Assembly (NCBI RefSeq): GCF_009834535.1
Contig: NC_045697.1
Location: 43,464,001-43,528,000 of the forward strand
Source: Camelus ferus
Taxonomy: Eukaryota
Direction: 5' to 3'
Length of the DNA stretch: 64,000 nt
Below, piece by piece: positions 1 to 12,179 of this stretch (position 1 is the stretch's first letter; the number at the start of each line of letters is the position of its first letter). The translations under genes and the position numbers were made by a program. Under the pieces are notes generated by a model. That model had not been told where the DNA came from and did no database searches. It worked only from the letters and a program-made list of their open reading frames with translations.

Positions 1-227
1 TTATTATAAAATCAATCCCTTGTCTGTGGGTACCTTTTCTAAACATAAATTTTAAATTGGCAAATTTTCTTTCCTAGCTTCTACGTTTACAGGTAATATT
101 AAGAATATCGTTTTACCTTACTTTCATGCCTAGCTGTATTGTACATATAAGCCTGTTTTTTACTTTAAAACCTCAGTTTGTTTTAAAATCCTGCCCTGGT
201 TAAAAATTCATTGAATTAAAAATATTT

Positions 228-432
228 CAACTCACAGAAGCAAAAACTAGAATGGAGGTGGCCCAAGCTGGAGGCAGGTAGAAATGGGGGGCTATGACTT
301 AAAGGGTATAGTTTCAGTCAATCAGGATGAAAAATTTCTAGAGATTCACTGCACAAAGATGTCCATATACACTTAAATTTTTCTTAAGAGAGTAAAGTTC
401 ATGTTATGTGTTTTTTACCACAATAAAAACAC
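228..432 (+). mobile_element. Old LINE-1 3' UTR fragment (L1MA/MB-like)
   Basis: 'aactcacagaagcaaaaactagaatggaggtgg...aaagggtatagtttcagt...ggatgaaaaatttctagaga...ttttaccacaataaaaa' follows the usual L1M 3' UTR order and ends in an AATAAA/A tail. Confidence 0.75.
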
Positions 433-1084
433 ATTTTCCCTAATTTTAAGGGGAAAAATAATGATGTGTCTTATTACAATCCAGGAGACACCCAAGTAAT
501 TTTCACAGAGAGAAAAATAGGCTAATTAAACAGTGAAAACAAGAATACGTAAATAATGTATGTATGTTTTAGACTCTGTTTTTTTCTTTCTTTCCCATTG
601 TCTTCACCAATTTTTAAACCTTTTACAGAGGTTCACGGTTATCTTGTATTCAAACTGCCAGAAAAGTACCTTTAGATTAACATAAAAGGAAAGCAAGAAC
701 ATTTCAAAATGTGGACATAGTCAGTGTGCAGAACAGACTGAAAATATGTAGACAATACTGCCTCCTCCCCTTCTCCTCTGATGGGTGTATGCAAGGCAAA
801 CTATTTTGGGTTCACCCAAACAAGACAGATGGTTCAAATCTATTATTACACATCATCATGCTCTCTCTGACCAAAACTATTGTGTCAGGTAAATGGTGTG
901 TCTTCGCTTGAAGCCATAATGTTGAAATATCACCTCTTTTAGTCCATTTATTTGTATGTTTTGGGGTGAGAAAGCCATCTGAAAAGTGGTGCAACATTTG
1001 AAGGGCTATTATGGCTAAGTTGTTAACTGAACAGACGCTGTAAGAGGGAACTCTGTATTCCACTAGGTGTTCTTGAAGAGCTTT

Positions 1085-2990
1085 AATTATTTTATGCTGT
1101 ACATTTATGTCTTTATCAGGAATTTATTTTTATATATGGCATAAGAAAATTCAATTTTATTCGAATTTTATTCTAGTTGAGCTAGCATCATTTATTAAAC
1201 ATCCTATTTCTTCTAGGTAGTAAATATATATTAAGTTTTTATATAGAGTCATATCTAGATCTGTATTCTCAATTCTGTTCCACAAATCTTTTTATCTATT
1301 CCTATGACAAAATCATATCTAACTATTAGAGTGATTTTTTAGTATGTTCTAATATCTATTAATACTCTCCCCCTCACTATTCTTTTATTATATTTTTTAT
1401 TTTTTAATTTTACTTGTCTGTTCTCAGAAATCTATTCTACATAAAATTTTTAATAATTTTATATCCAATTCTCAGACCTTATGGAAAATCTGCTATGATG
1501 TTTAGGGGAGTTGCATTAAATGTATATGTCAATTTTGTGAGAATAAGAAGGTATGACATTAAATTTTCCAACCAAGTACATGAGAAATCTTCCAGTTTGC
1601 TCAGATCTTGTTCTATGGCCTACCATGATATTTTTATAGTCTACTTAAAACAGGTCCTGGCCTTATTTGTTAAATATGTTCCCTGATATTTTATTGTTCT
1701 AGTTACTATTATAAATTAATTTTTGGTTTTAAGTTTTAATTTTTAGATAGAGAAAAACTCGATTTCTGTCAATTTATCTTATACCCAGTCAATTTATAAA
1801 ATTATCCTATTAACCCAATAAGTCATTTTACTAGAGTTCCTTAGACTCTCTGTGTACATCTTTATACTAACAAAAATAGTTAATTCTATCCATTTTTAAT
1901 GTTTACTGCAATTATTTTATTATTCGTCTCTTACTGCATTACGTAAACTCTTCAGGATTGACTTGTGTGAGACTGATTGTCAGCACTAATTTTGCTAATT
2001 TTAATTGAAGTGGTTTTAATGTTCAGAATAATAGTTGCTTTTTAAAAGGAAGTAACCTTTGTTGCATTAGGTAGTTTCCTACTATCTTTATTTTATTTAG
2101 TGTTCTTATTAAGAATTGGTACATAATTTTATCAAATGCCTGTCAGTGTTGACTTACAGAATTTTCTCGTAATTTATTAGTGTATTACATATTAGATTTT
2201 TCTAATATTGAACTAGCCTCACATTCTAGAAATAAACATGTAAAAATCTATTCACATTTTATTTAGAAGTTTATCTTCTAGATTTTCACAAGAGATTAGT
2301 CTATAGTCATCTTTCATAATCTACCAGATTTTGATATTTAACAAGTTATTCTGGCTTTACACATTTCATTGGGCTTACCAGTCATTTCTATAGCTTGGAA
2401 TAAGTTCAATAACACAAGTATCATCTGTTCCTTAAGGTGAGATATAACTCAGCTGGAACTCATCTTGTCCTGGTAGCTTTTTTTACTGTTAAGTCTTTTC
2501 TCAGTTATCAATATCCCCCAGATTTATCGGACAACTCAAGTGTTCCACTTCTTCCTGAGTCAATTTTTGTGATTTATATATTGCTAGGAAATGTCTAGAT
2601 TTTCAAACTTACTGTCATGAAATTGAATGCAGTGTTCTCTGGTACCACCTTACATGCACCTATGTGTGTGTTCAGGTCACCTCTCTCGCTTATGGCATTG
2701 CATATGCCTGCTTGCAGTCTTTTATCCTTAATCACTCTCAAAAAAGTTTATCAACTTCATTGGTCTCATCAAAGAATCAGGTATTTGAATTTCCTATATT
2801 TTCTTCTTTTTTTGTTCATTTGTCTTGTTTTCTATTTTGTCTTTTATCTTCTTCCCAGTTCCTTTTGGGGTTTTGGGGGGTTTTTTACCTTGTGAGTACA
2901 AAGTTCCTTTGTTTTTCATTCTCTAACAACAAAATTATTTAGGGTTATAAAGTTTCTTTTTAGAACAACTTTTCAGTGTTGCTAAGTTTT
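1085..2990 (-). mobile_element. Highly decayed ancient LINE-1 (L1ME-like) ORF2 remnant, antisense
   Basis: A T-rich block with antisense-L1 phrases ('gttgcattaaatgtatatgtcaattttg', 'ttttatcaaatgcc', 'aactcatcttgtcctggt'). Boundaries are approximate. Confidence 0.65.
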
Positions 2991-4371
2991 GATTAAAGAT
3001 GATTACGGCCCCAGTTTTCTAGACAGTCAAAGACAAACTACTATGGTCACATATGTCAAAATACGTAGACAAACTGAGATTCAAAACTGAGACACATTAA
3101 AAAAATTAAGATATTTTGCAGTAAAGGATAAGGGCATTTTCTGAGGGGAGACTATATATGCAACGGGAGCCAAGGTCAGGAGTAACTGTCATAGTGACTG
3201 TCTATCTAACACCCTCTCATGCTGGGCCACAATTCTACAGTCGTATTGACACTACCAGTACAAGGCTGGTTTTCAAACTGGCCTATTGGAACAGAAAATA
3301 AAATCTTAGCATAATCACGAGAGTATTGACTAAAAGTGCACACAATAGGCAGAAATATGGCTAAGTGATCAAAGTACTGTCTTTGTCAGCTCCAGCTTCC
3401 ACGACAAAATACCATGGTAATTATATTTTTCAAAAGATAAGATGAAATTCAGAAATACCAACATTTGTTGAAGTAGAAAACAAACACTAGTGTGGTGTTC
3501 TTGAATGTGGAGGACCATTCCATGGTTAACAAGTGATAAACCATCTTTAAGCTCCTCTTTTCAATTCAGATCATATAACCACCTACAGATTTTTATTACA
3601 TCTTCCTGGCAAGCTTAGAAGAACAGAAGGGTGGAGGAAAAAAATGTATTTTGTATAGTCTGCCTCCAGAAGCTACAGAGTTACAGAAATTCTATTCACA
3701 GTGGGGAACTGTGAAAGCCTTCTGAGAAGTATGTTTGTACTGCCCTTGCAAAAAATAAAAAGTAAGATCCCTAACCTGTGGTTCCTCTCCGCACTCTTGA
3801 GGTGAAAGGCGCCTGCCCTGTCTCTGATTATAACATTTAAGCCTGGAGGGCTGGCTACAGGATTCTATGCATCATTTAGTACTTTGATGCTGAACCGAAT
3901 TCAGAGAAAAAAAAAATTGTCTCTGCCAGTCTGGGGTTGCTACTGACAAGGAGGAATATTGATTGGGGTGATGACAGAGTCCTCCTGGTTCAACTCCTCC
4001 TACTGGGAGGCTCTACCAGAGTCTTTCTAAATCACGATTACCTTCTGTGCTGCTAAAGACTCTGCCTCAACCAGGTCAGATAAAAGAACAAAAAGTTTTC
4101 CTAAAACCAAACCTGGAACGTGAGTGGGTAAGTGACAGTGTTTGTAGGGTTCACACGCGTCCTTTCACTTTCTGAGCTCTTAAAAGAACCCTCTACTCTG
4201 ACCGTCTAGTGCTGCTTGAAGCAGGAGAGCTTGCAGCGAGGCTCCAGTCTGGCTTTTGTGACATCGCAGCACCAGGCTTAATTATCACATTGCATGACCG
4301 GTCACACTGAGTTTTGGTTTAGACAATGTGGACTTTGCTATCATTTAAGGATTCATCCAAGTAAACTTAAA

Positions 4372-4568
4372 CCAGGTTCCCTAGATTCAAATCCTGGATC
4401 TCCTTATTTGTTCAGCAAGTTACTTAACCTCACTGTGTTTCAGTTTGCCCTGCTTTAAAATGAGATAAAATATAATTCATTTAATAGGTTTGTTGTGACA
4501 ATTAAGCACTTAGAACAGTGCCTACCTAGCCCATAGTGTAACTGGATATGTGTTAGCTATTATTACTG
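4372..4568 (+). mobile_element. MIR SINE
   Basis: MIR core 'ttcaaatcctgg...caagttacttaacctc...cagttt...taaaatgagataa...aagcacttagaacagtgcct...tgttagctattatt'. Confidence 0.85.
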
Positions 4569-4859
4569 CTTCAACATGCTAAGTATCTCCTCTAATAAAC
4601 AGAACCTCAGCCTATTAGTAGTGCCTAGATGAAAAAGGCAAAAGTTATGCAATCCAGTACAGTTACTAAATACCTATACCCATCCTTTTAATATATTTTA
4701 ATAATTTGTAAATGTTAAACAAAATTTCAATGAAAACTCAATTTACATAGTTAATTTATATGTTAGATTCCTGATTTTTTTTTTACTGGCGAATAGTGTT
4801 CAAAAAACAATTACAGTTGCTTTGGTAGGCGCTGGTTTAGGGATTATGTATGTATGTAT

Positions 4860-5335
4860 GTATTAAAGTACAATAAAGTAAAATCACCCATACTCACATC
4901 CATAATCCCCCCACCAACTCTAAGATCTTTATAACCCCTTTTAAAAGTTTGGTGTGAATTCTTTCTAAATTTTTACCTGTATTTTTAACAGACATAGTTA
5001 TACACATGCTTGTGTGCGTGTGCGCGCATGCACACATACACACAACGTACACACAGTATGTAGTATCTATTTACAATACAGGATCATGCTGAACATATTA
5101 GTTTGCAACTTGTTCTTTTCCTTTAACGGTTATGTTCTGGATCTCATTCTGTGTCAGGACATACAGATCCACCTCATCCTCTTTAATGACTGCCTAATAA
5201 TCCATTATATAAATATACCAAAATCTATTTAAACATTTCCCTTTTGACATACACTTAAGTTGTTTCTAATTTTTTTCTGTTATAAGCAGTGCTACAATCA
5301 ACATTATTCTGCACAGATCATTGTTTGACTATTAT
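4860..5335 (-). mobile_element. Ancient L1ME-like 3' end, antisense
   Basis: 'tgcaacttgttcttttcc...ctttaatgactgc...taaacatttccc...ttgtttcta...gtgctacaatcaacatt' is the typical L1ME antisense order. A second piece lies at about 5950-6480. Confidence 0.6.
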
Positions 5336-5774
5336 TTAAGTGTGCAACCTCTGAACACATAGCAACTACAGGCAAGGAAGATAGCCCATAGGTGGGAAAG
5401 GAGATGACATATATGTTGCATTAAATTATACTCTAAAAGGAATTAGGACATTCACCTGTAGTTCAATTAATTTCTCCTTTAATTCTTTCATCTCCATTCT
5501 ACATCCTTAAAAGATACAACTTTATGATAAATATTTTAATTTTTGTTGACAATATCCACAATTTACAATGACCTAAGAATTACCTCAAGATAGGCTACTT
5601 AATTTGATCTCCATTATACTTGAAATTTACAAAGAAATGAGCTGTGTTTATCAGGGAATTTTTACTCAAACTGGAAATGTTTTGTTAATTTTGATTAAAA
5701 TAAAAGGAAAGCAAGATTTTTGACCAAAATTACAACACCAAAGAGCATAAAAATAGAAAGTGTAAATCTCTCTA

Positions 5775-5945
5775 AACCTGGGTTTTTAAAACTTGGCACT
5801 ATTGGCACAATGTGTCCTGTGCGTCACAGAATGTTTAGCAGCATCCCTGCCTCAACCCACCACAGGCCAGTAGCACCACCATCAGTTGTGACAAAAACAC
5901 ACAGGTCTCCAGACATTGCCAAACAGAATTGTCCCTAGTTGAATA
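5775..5945 (+). mobile_element. MER20-like hAT DNA transposon fragment
   Basis: 'cttggcactattg...gaatgtttagcagcatccctg...ccagtagcacc...gttgtgacaa...tctccagacattgccaaa'. Confidence 0.8.
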
Positions 5946-6248
5946 TCAATATCATCCTGCCTCTCAGAGAAAACTCTGTTAACAGTTTGGTAAATGACCA
6001 ACCAGATTTTTAATGCAAATAAAACCTTCTTTTATACAACCGGGAACTCTCTATACAGGTAATCTTTAAAACTTTCTCTTTTCACTTAACAGTATATCAT
6101 GGGCACCTCTCCATGTCAATAGTCATAGACTTAAGTATCTTATCCTTCTAACAGGTACATTTAATTTTCACTGTATGAATTCACCATGATCATCTATTAA
6201 TGGACATTCCAGTTACATTTTTTAAATTTTCAATTGAAAGTAATGCTA

Positions 6249-6380
6249 GGGGGTGGGGAAGGTATAGCTCAGTCGTAGAGTACGTGTTTAGTTAGCACGC
6301 ATGAGGTCCTGGGTTCAATCCCTAGTACTTCCATTAAAACATAAATAAATAAACTTAATTACTGCCCCCCAGAAAAAAAG
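6249..6380 (+). mobile_element. tRNA-Ala-derived SINE, camelid vic-1-like
   Basis: A box 'tagctcagtcgtagag', B box 'gggttcaatccc', tail 'taaataaataaacttaattactgccccc' plus A-run. Degenerate TSD gaaagtaatgct / gaaagcaaagct. Homologous to the copies at 29543 and 49285. Confidence 0.85.
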
Positions 6381-7824
6381 AAAGCAAAGCTGCAATAAAT
6401 CCACCTATACTTATGTCTCTGCATACTTCTATTATTTCCTTAGGAACTGCCAGATCCAAGAGCTCACACGTTTTTAATATCATATTTTTACAATAATTTT
6501 TTCAATATATTTTTCATATAAGACAACTGGTAGATTGACCTGGGACATGCATTTAGCCAGCTCTTCCCTAAAGAAACACACACCCTTTCTTCTCTTGCAC
6601 ATGGACATGCATTTTTCCTAGGTTGGGGGGTGGTAGACCATCCTTTGCCCTATTTTTAGTTGACTTAAACCTTTGATCAAGACAACAAAACCTTTTTCTT
6701 TTGAAGATAAAAACTGTGTGCTAAAGCAGATCAACTCATGCATGGCAGGGTGACGATAAAAACAGTTTTGGCTGAGAGAGAATGGTTATTGATGAGCTAC
6801 AGGGAGAGGAACACGTTGGTCTTATTCCTCACCTTGTCAGAAGGGACAGCCAAGTTGTGAGGTTAAATTGAAGTTGGTAAATACACAATTATTCAGCTTG
6901 TGTCTTGGTAATAAATGTGCCTCTAGGCAGTGAACCCGCCAGTCCTCAGAGTACCACTTTGCTGATTAAGGAGATAAAAAGAGGATATTGTGGAAAGGGT
7001 CATTTCAAGAGTAATGAATCCTTATTCTGTCACTGTACTTTGCCGACAGGGAAAAGAAGTTTAACAGGGATGAGGCATCCTGGAATATCCAGGTGGCAAC
7101 ATGGAGCAGGACAAATCAGAGATGACTATTTCTAGGCCATGAAAAAACAGCAGAATCTCTGATGGCTGAGAAATGACTATACTGGTGAATTAAGTACATC
7201 TCAGGGAGAGGCCTTATTAAATTAGCCTAATACCTTATTGCATGATCAATAACAATGTATTTATTTTGTACTATGGCCTTGAGTGACTTTTCATTAGGAA
7301 TTTAAATGACCTTAGAAAGCTACTGAGTATCAATTTAGAATACTTTCAGAAGATATTAGCCTGGCCTTAGAGCAAAAGATGAGTGAAAATGCGGCTCATT
7401 ATTTAAGTCAGAAAGAGAATGTCAAAAAACATTTTGCCTTGGCATTGAGGGAGGTAGCTCAAGTTACGTATCCAGCCTAATGACACTGTTTTGTAGCTTT
7501 TGATTCCTGGTTACAGAATGACATAGATGAAAAAAGACAGTGCTTTGCAGTCCCAGCATATTAACCTAGATGACTGTTGAGCTACAGAAGGTTGTGAGAT
7601 TGGGAAAGACAGAGATGTTGTCTGCCAGGATTCTGTAACATATCCTGTCAGTGATCCACCCATGCTCCCTATGATTTCTTTGCCATCTTCAAGCTCATGG
7701 ACTTTCACTGACTTTTCACTCCCAGCAGCCAGCACCTGCTGCCCTCAAACTACCAGAAAGGTTTCATGGTACCTTAAGTGTCCATCCTGGTGGTAGCCCT
7801 GAACAAGTGATTGACAGGTGTAGA

Positions 7825-8040
7825 CCAGACACTTGGGGCCAGATAATTAGTTATGGTGGGGGGTGTCGGAGGGTTAGGGGAGAGGGATCTAGCCTGTGCA
7901 CTGTAGGATGCTTAGCAATATCCCTGACCTCTATCCACCAGGTACCAGTATCACACTTCTCCCAGTGTGGCAATCAAATATGTCTCCAGATGTTGTCAAA
8001 TGTTCCCTAAGGGATGAATCATCCCAGGTTGAAAACCAGA
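7825..8040 (+). mobile_element. MER20-like hAT DNA transposon
   Basis: 'gacacttggggccagataatt...tgtgcactgtaggatgcttagcaatatccctgacctctatccacca...atgtctccagatgttgtcaaatgttccc...ccaggttgaaaacca'. Confidence 0.85.
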
Positions 8041-11000
8041 TTTAGAAGCATAAACATCAAAACTCCCTTGCTCTAATCAGACCATTCTCAGATGCCACCA
8101 ATGCTGGCTTTGCGGCCCTTGAGGGATTAGACCCCCTCTGGAACTTTGCTCCCAGAGTCTTGCTCAACCTCCCTCCCTTCAAGCTCCAACTTCCCAAAAC
8201 CCCGTTTAGTTCTCCCTGGAACACTTCCCAATATTCACACAGATCTTTGTCTCAGTATCTGTTTGAGGATGACAACCTAAGGTGGACTCAATTGAGATGC
8301 TAACTAGATGGTCAGAGAGTTAGATGATGCTGTTTTGAATACCTTTCCTGGCCCTCTTACTGTCCTCTCTTCTTTACTGTCCTCACATCCTTCACTGGAT
8401 GTGCCAATTCCTACTTGGTCTACTTAAAAAAGGAGGAGGGAAAAATACTGTTATTTCCAATGCATTTTTTTCCTCTGTATATACTGACATTCTAATACCA
8501 TTCTCTTCCATTCTCTCTCTCTCTCTCCCTTTCTCTGTCTCCTACAAACATGTTCTCCTTAGCCTAAGCAAGCATTCTTTTGTTTTCCTCACTTCCCCTT
8601 TAAAGCACCTTTAAAGCAGCAAAGTGACTTTTCTCTGGCCTCTGTGGCCTCCCACTTATTTCCAGATCTTTTTCTCTCCAGTCGTTCACCAGCCTAATCT
8701 CCACCCCCACCTTCCTTGGAGTGCTAGAGGTACTCTCCAGTCTTTTTCTCTTACTTTACCTACTTTTAATATGAATATTTTATCTAATAGTCATTAACTC
8801 TCTCTGGGTATCGGGTTTTTAAATCTTCACTTGTTATCATTTTTCATTTACTTTTTCCCACCAGGTTTCAATAAGGTTAAGAGAATGAAAATGGAGAAAG
8901 TCCAGGAAAGTCTGGATAAGCCCAAGCAGTCTGAGATGTGAAATCTAGTCACACATATTCTAGGAGGAGAAAATAAATCAGGAGTAAGCCAGTACTGTGC
9001 CAGCGTGTGGCTGCTCTAAAAGAGAAAGCAGTGTTGTGAGCACCTCGTCCCTGGCTGCAGCTTTCCTCTAAATCCCTGTTTACTACTCCAGACTTTAGAA
9101 TGATATCTTGAATGCCACTAATCTGGTGCTTTTTATTTTTACAAGTGGCCTTAAGACACATCTCAAAATGAAGATAAAAATAAAAATGATCCCCTTCTGA
9201 TGACCCTGCTCAGCCAAACGAATAAAATCAATAAAAATGCAATTAATTTGGATTCATTTGGACTGAAGAATCAAGAGACAAAATAAGGAAGCATATTTGC
9301 CAGAGTATGTGATGTAGCTTTTGGCCAGAAATTCTGCTTCCGAAAGCATCCACCTTAGCTATAGCGGCAGTAATAAACTCCCTGTGTCTTACATACCCAT
9401 AAATCCTTGCACCAACCAAGATTTCAATGGTCTCTTCTCTTCAACCCACACATAAAGCATTCCAGACACTAATTTAGAATATTAATTAAATCTCAGAAAA
9501 TTGCATTGGGTTTTTCGATACTATTCTATAACCTGTATAACTATTTTTTTTAAAAAACTGGATTATCTACTTCAAAGAAATTCCTCTTAATGTGACCTTT
9601 CTCAAAGAAAATGTAATAAAATGCCCCCTTTCCAAAATAATGATGATGCATTAGGAGGAGTTAACTTAGACTAGAACAGCCACCACAACTATATGTGATC
9701 AACTATAAATGAGGATTTCTAAAGTATTTTTTGCAGGTAGATGAAATAGATGAACATTGATTTTTAAAGGCAAATGTACTTTATATTGTAAAACTTTCAC
9801 AGGTGTATTAAAAGGGCTACAGCACAAATTCAGTATGGTTCACTAGAAGACACTGGCAACTAGAAGCTGACTTTGAAGGGGACTGTGTGACAGTAAGAAG
9901 AGAGTGTTGAAGGAGCCAGTGGATGCAGCAGTGGATGGAGATGAAACAGAAAGAAAGCTATGGAGCCCAAGAAAGAAGAAACTAAGACGGGAGAGGGCAA
10001 CAGAGGCACCGAGATGCCAGGTCAGAGGTATCAGAGAGGGAGCAAAGTCAAGAGTATCCTAAGTCGAAGAGAAAGGGTGAGAGAAACGCATACCCCCTCT
10101 GCTCTCATGGAGAGAGCAGAGTCCGTGTTGAAGATATGAGAGGGGATCTAATCTAAGCTGGGCAGGTGAGCAGGGAGCCAGGGACAGGTGAGAGAACACA
10201 GACAGCACTTAGAAGCATCACTTAGCTGTTGAGCCCTCCCCAGGGAACCTTATAGCATTTGCTTTCCTAATTCCTGAGAGGAACAGATCTCTCTAAGCAG
10301 GTTGAATTCAATGGTCACAGGATGGGCACAGGACCCCAAGAGAAACCAAGACTGAGGAAGAGCCTGGGACATAACTATTGACTAGAAACCCAACCTGTGT
10401 TGAATCCTAGAGAACCCTAGAGGTACCACAATAACCCCAGCAAGAATCCACTGTGATGCACAAACACTGAACAACTAAAGACTTCATTCACTTAGTCTAT
10501 AAACATATATTGAGTTCCTCCTGTGTACCAGTCTCTGGGCTGGGAGCTGAGGCCACAGAGAGGGTGGATTCCGTAATGCTAGAGACCCTGAGTGCATGGT
10601 TCCTGAGTTAATAGATGGCAATGGGAGTTCTTGCACGGAGCAGCCTGTTTCACTGCAAGGATCCTAAATGAAATGGATCACTTCCTACTTATCATTAGAA
10701 CTTAAAATGAATCAGGCTTAAAACAAATCTCAAAAATAATCAGATCCTCAGATTTGTGGTAACCTAAACGGAGTGTAAAGTCATATTTTATGAATGATAA
10801 TAAGTCTCAAGATTTTGTGTTTTCCTCTAAGTACTAATATTAAGTATGTACATTTTGGAAAGTGCTGCACATTTTTACTCCAAACTGTATCTGAATTTAG
10901 TTTATTTCTGGTGGTGAAATCAAGCTACAGTTCCCTTATGAAGGGTAACTACACCACATGAGTTCATGAATATGGCAGAAGGAAAACTCACATAAACTAA

Positions 11001-11484
11001 ACAAAAAAAATTCAAAAAGCTGTGGTGAGCAGATTTCATCATCTAATGAATGGAATAGCTCTGGATTTGAATTATTTGTGAGGATAAAAATTAACGATTT
11101 TATCCCTTATGTACTATCATCCTTTTTACAGTGTAGTTATTTCCCCAAAAGTGACTATAAAAACCACATTGTGTAGTTCGCTATTCATTCTTCCTCATTT
11201 ACTTCCATATCACATTCCTTCAGTTTACAAATAGCAAAATTATTTTCTGAAAGTCTTTGCACTGCCAGCTCCAGCTGGGACCTGAAAAAACACACAATAT
11301 ACTTCCTGTCTCTCATATTATCTGCAGCTAGAGAGCTGAGAACATCCGTTTGCATTTTTTGCTGAGGATGCTTAAAGAGAGTTTTTCCTTCCACAGATTT
11401 CCTGGCTCCAAGCTGCTGATATACCCAAAGCAATATTTTATCAAGAAGATCAAGATACTGAGACAAGTGCCCTTTTTTCTTCTT

Positions 11485-11820
11485 TCTTTCTTTCAACATG
11501 TATTTATTGAATACAGTATCCCAGGCGCTGTCCTGGGTGCTGGAGATAAAACAATGAATGAAACACAAGCCCTAATGTGAGAAAGGAAGCAGATAAACAG
11601 ACTACTAATGGTAGGAATAGAGAAGTATCCACTGCCATAGGGACACGAGGGAGACACCCAGCTTTGGTGTCAGGATGGGCTGCACATAAAAATGATGTCT
11701 AAGTTGATACGTGAAGGACAAGAAAGAATTATTCCGGTATCTGGTGGAAGTTAGTGAAGGAAAATGAGTAGAGAGAGAATGAAATAGGAAATGAATAAAA
11801 CACACAGGACTCAGGGGTCA
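11485..11820 (-). mobile_element. LINE-2 3' end
   Basis: 'ttcaacatgtatttattgaatacagtatcccaggcgctgtcctgggtgctggagataaaacaatgaa' is the L2 terminal signature. Similar short L2 pieces lie at about 10485, 13460 and 14455. Confidence 0.75.
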
Positions 11821-12179
11821 GAACTCAAAATAATGTAATACATGTTAACAACTTCTGATCTTGACTGAAGGCAATGTGGGGGTGCATTTGATAGGTAAAA
11901 ACATATCATATAAGCAATCTTACTATTTATTTGGTGGCCAATAACAGTGATTTTAAAGCAACTCTTTTTCCCTAAGCTGTACATTGGCTTCTATTTTTGT
12001 GATCCATTCTCTTTTTTCCAGTTTTCCTATCCCCTGTTCTTCCTATAGAGGATATAGAAAATAATGCTACAATGATAGACGAATAAACAAACAGAGTTCT
12101 TAATGCTTTCTGGTAGTGTTAATAAGGAACATAAAATATTTTAATGCTTCCTTCATGGCACCAATATAAAACTTCATTC

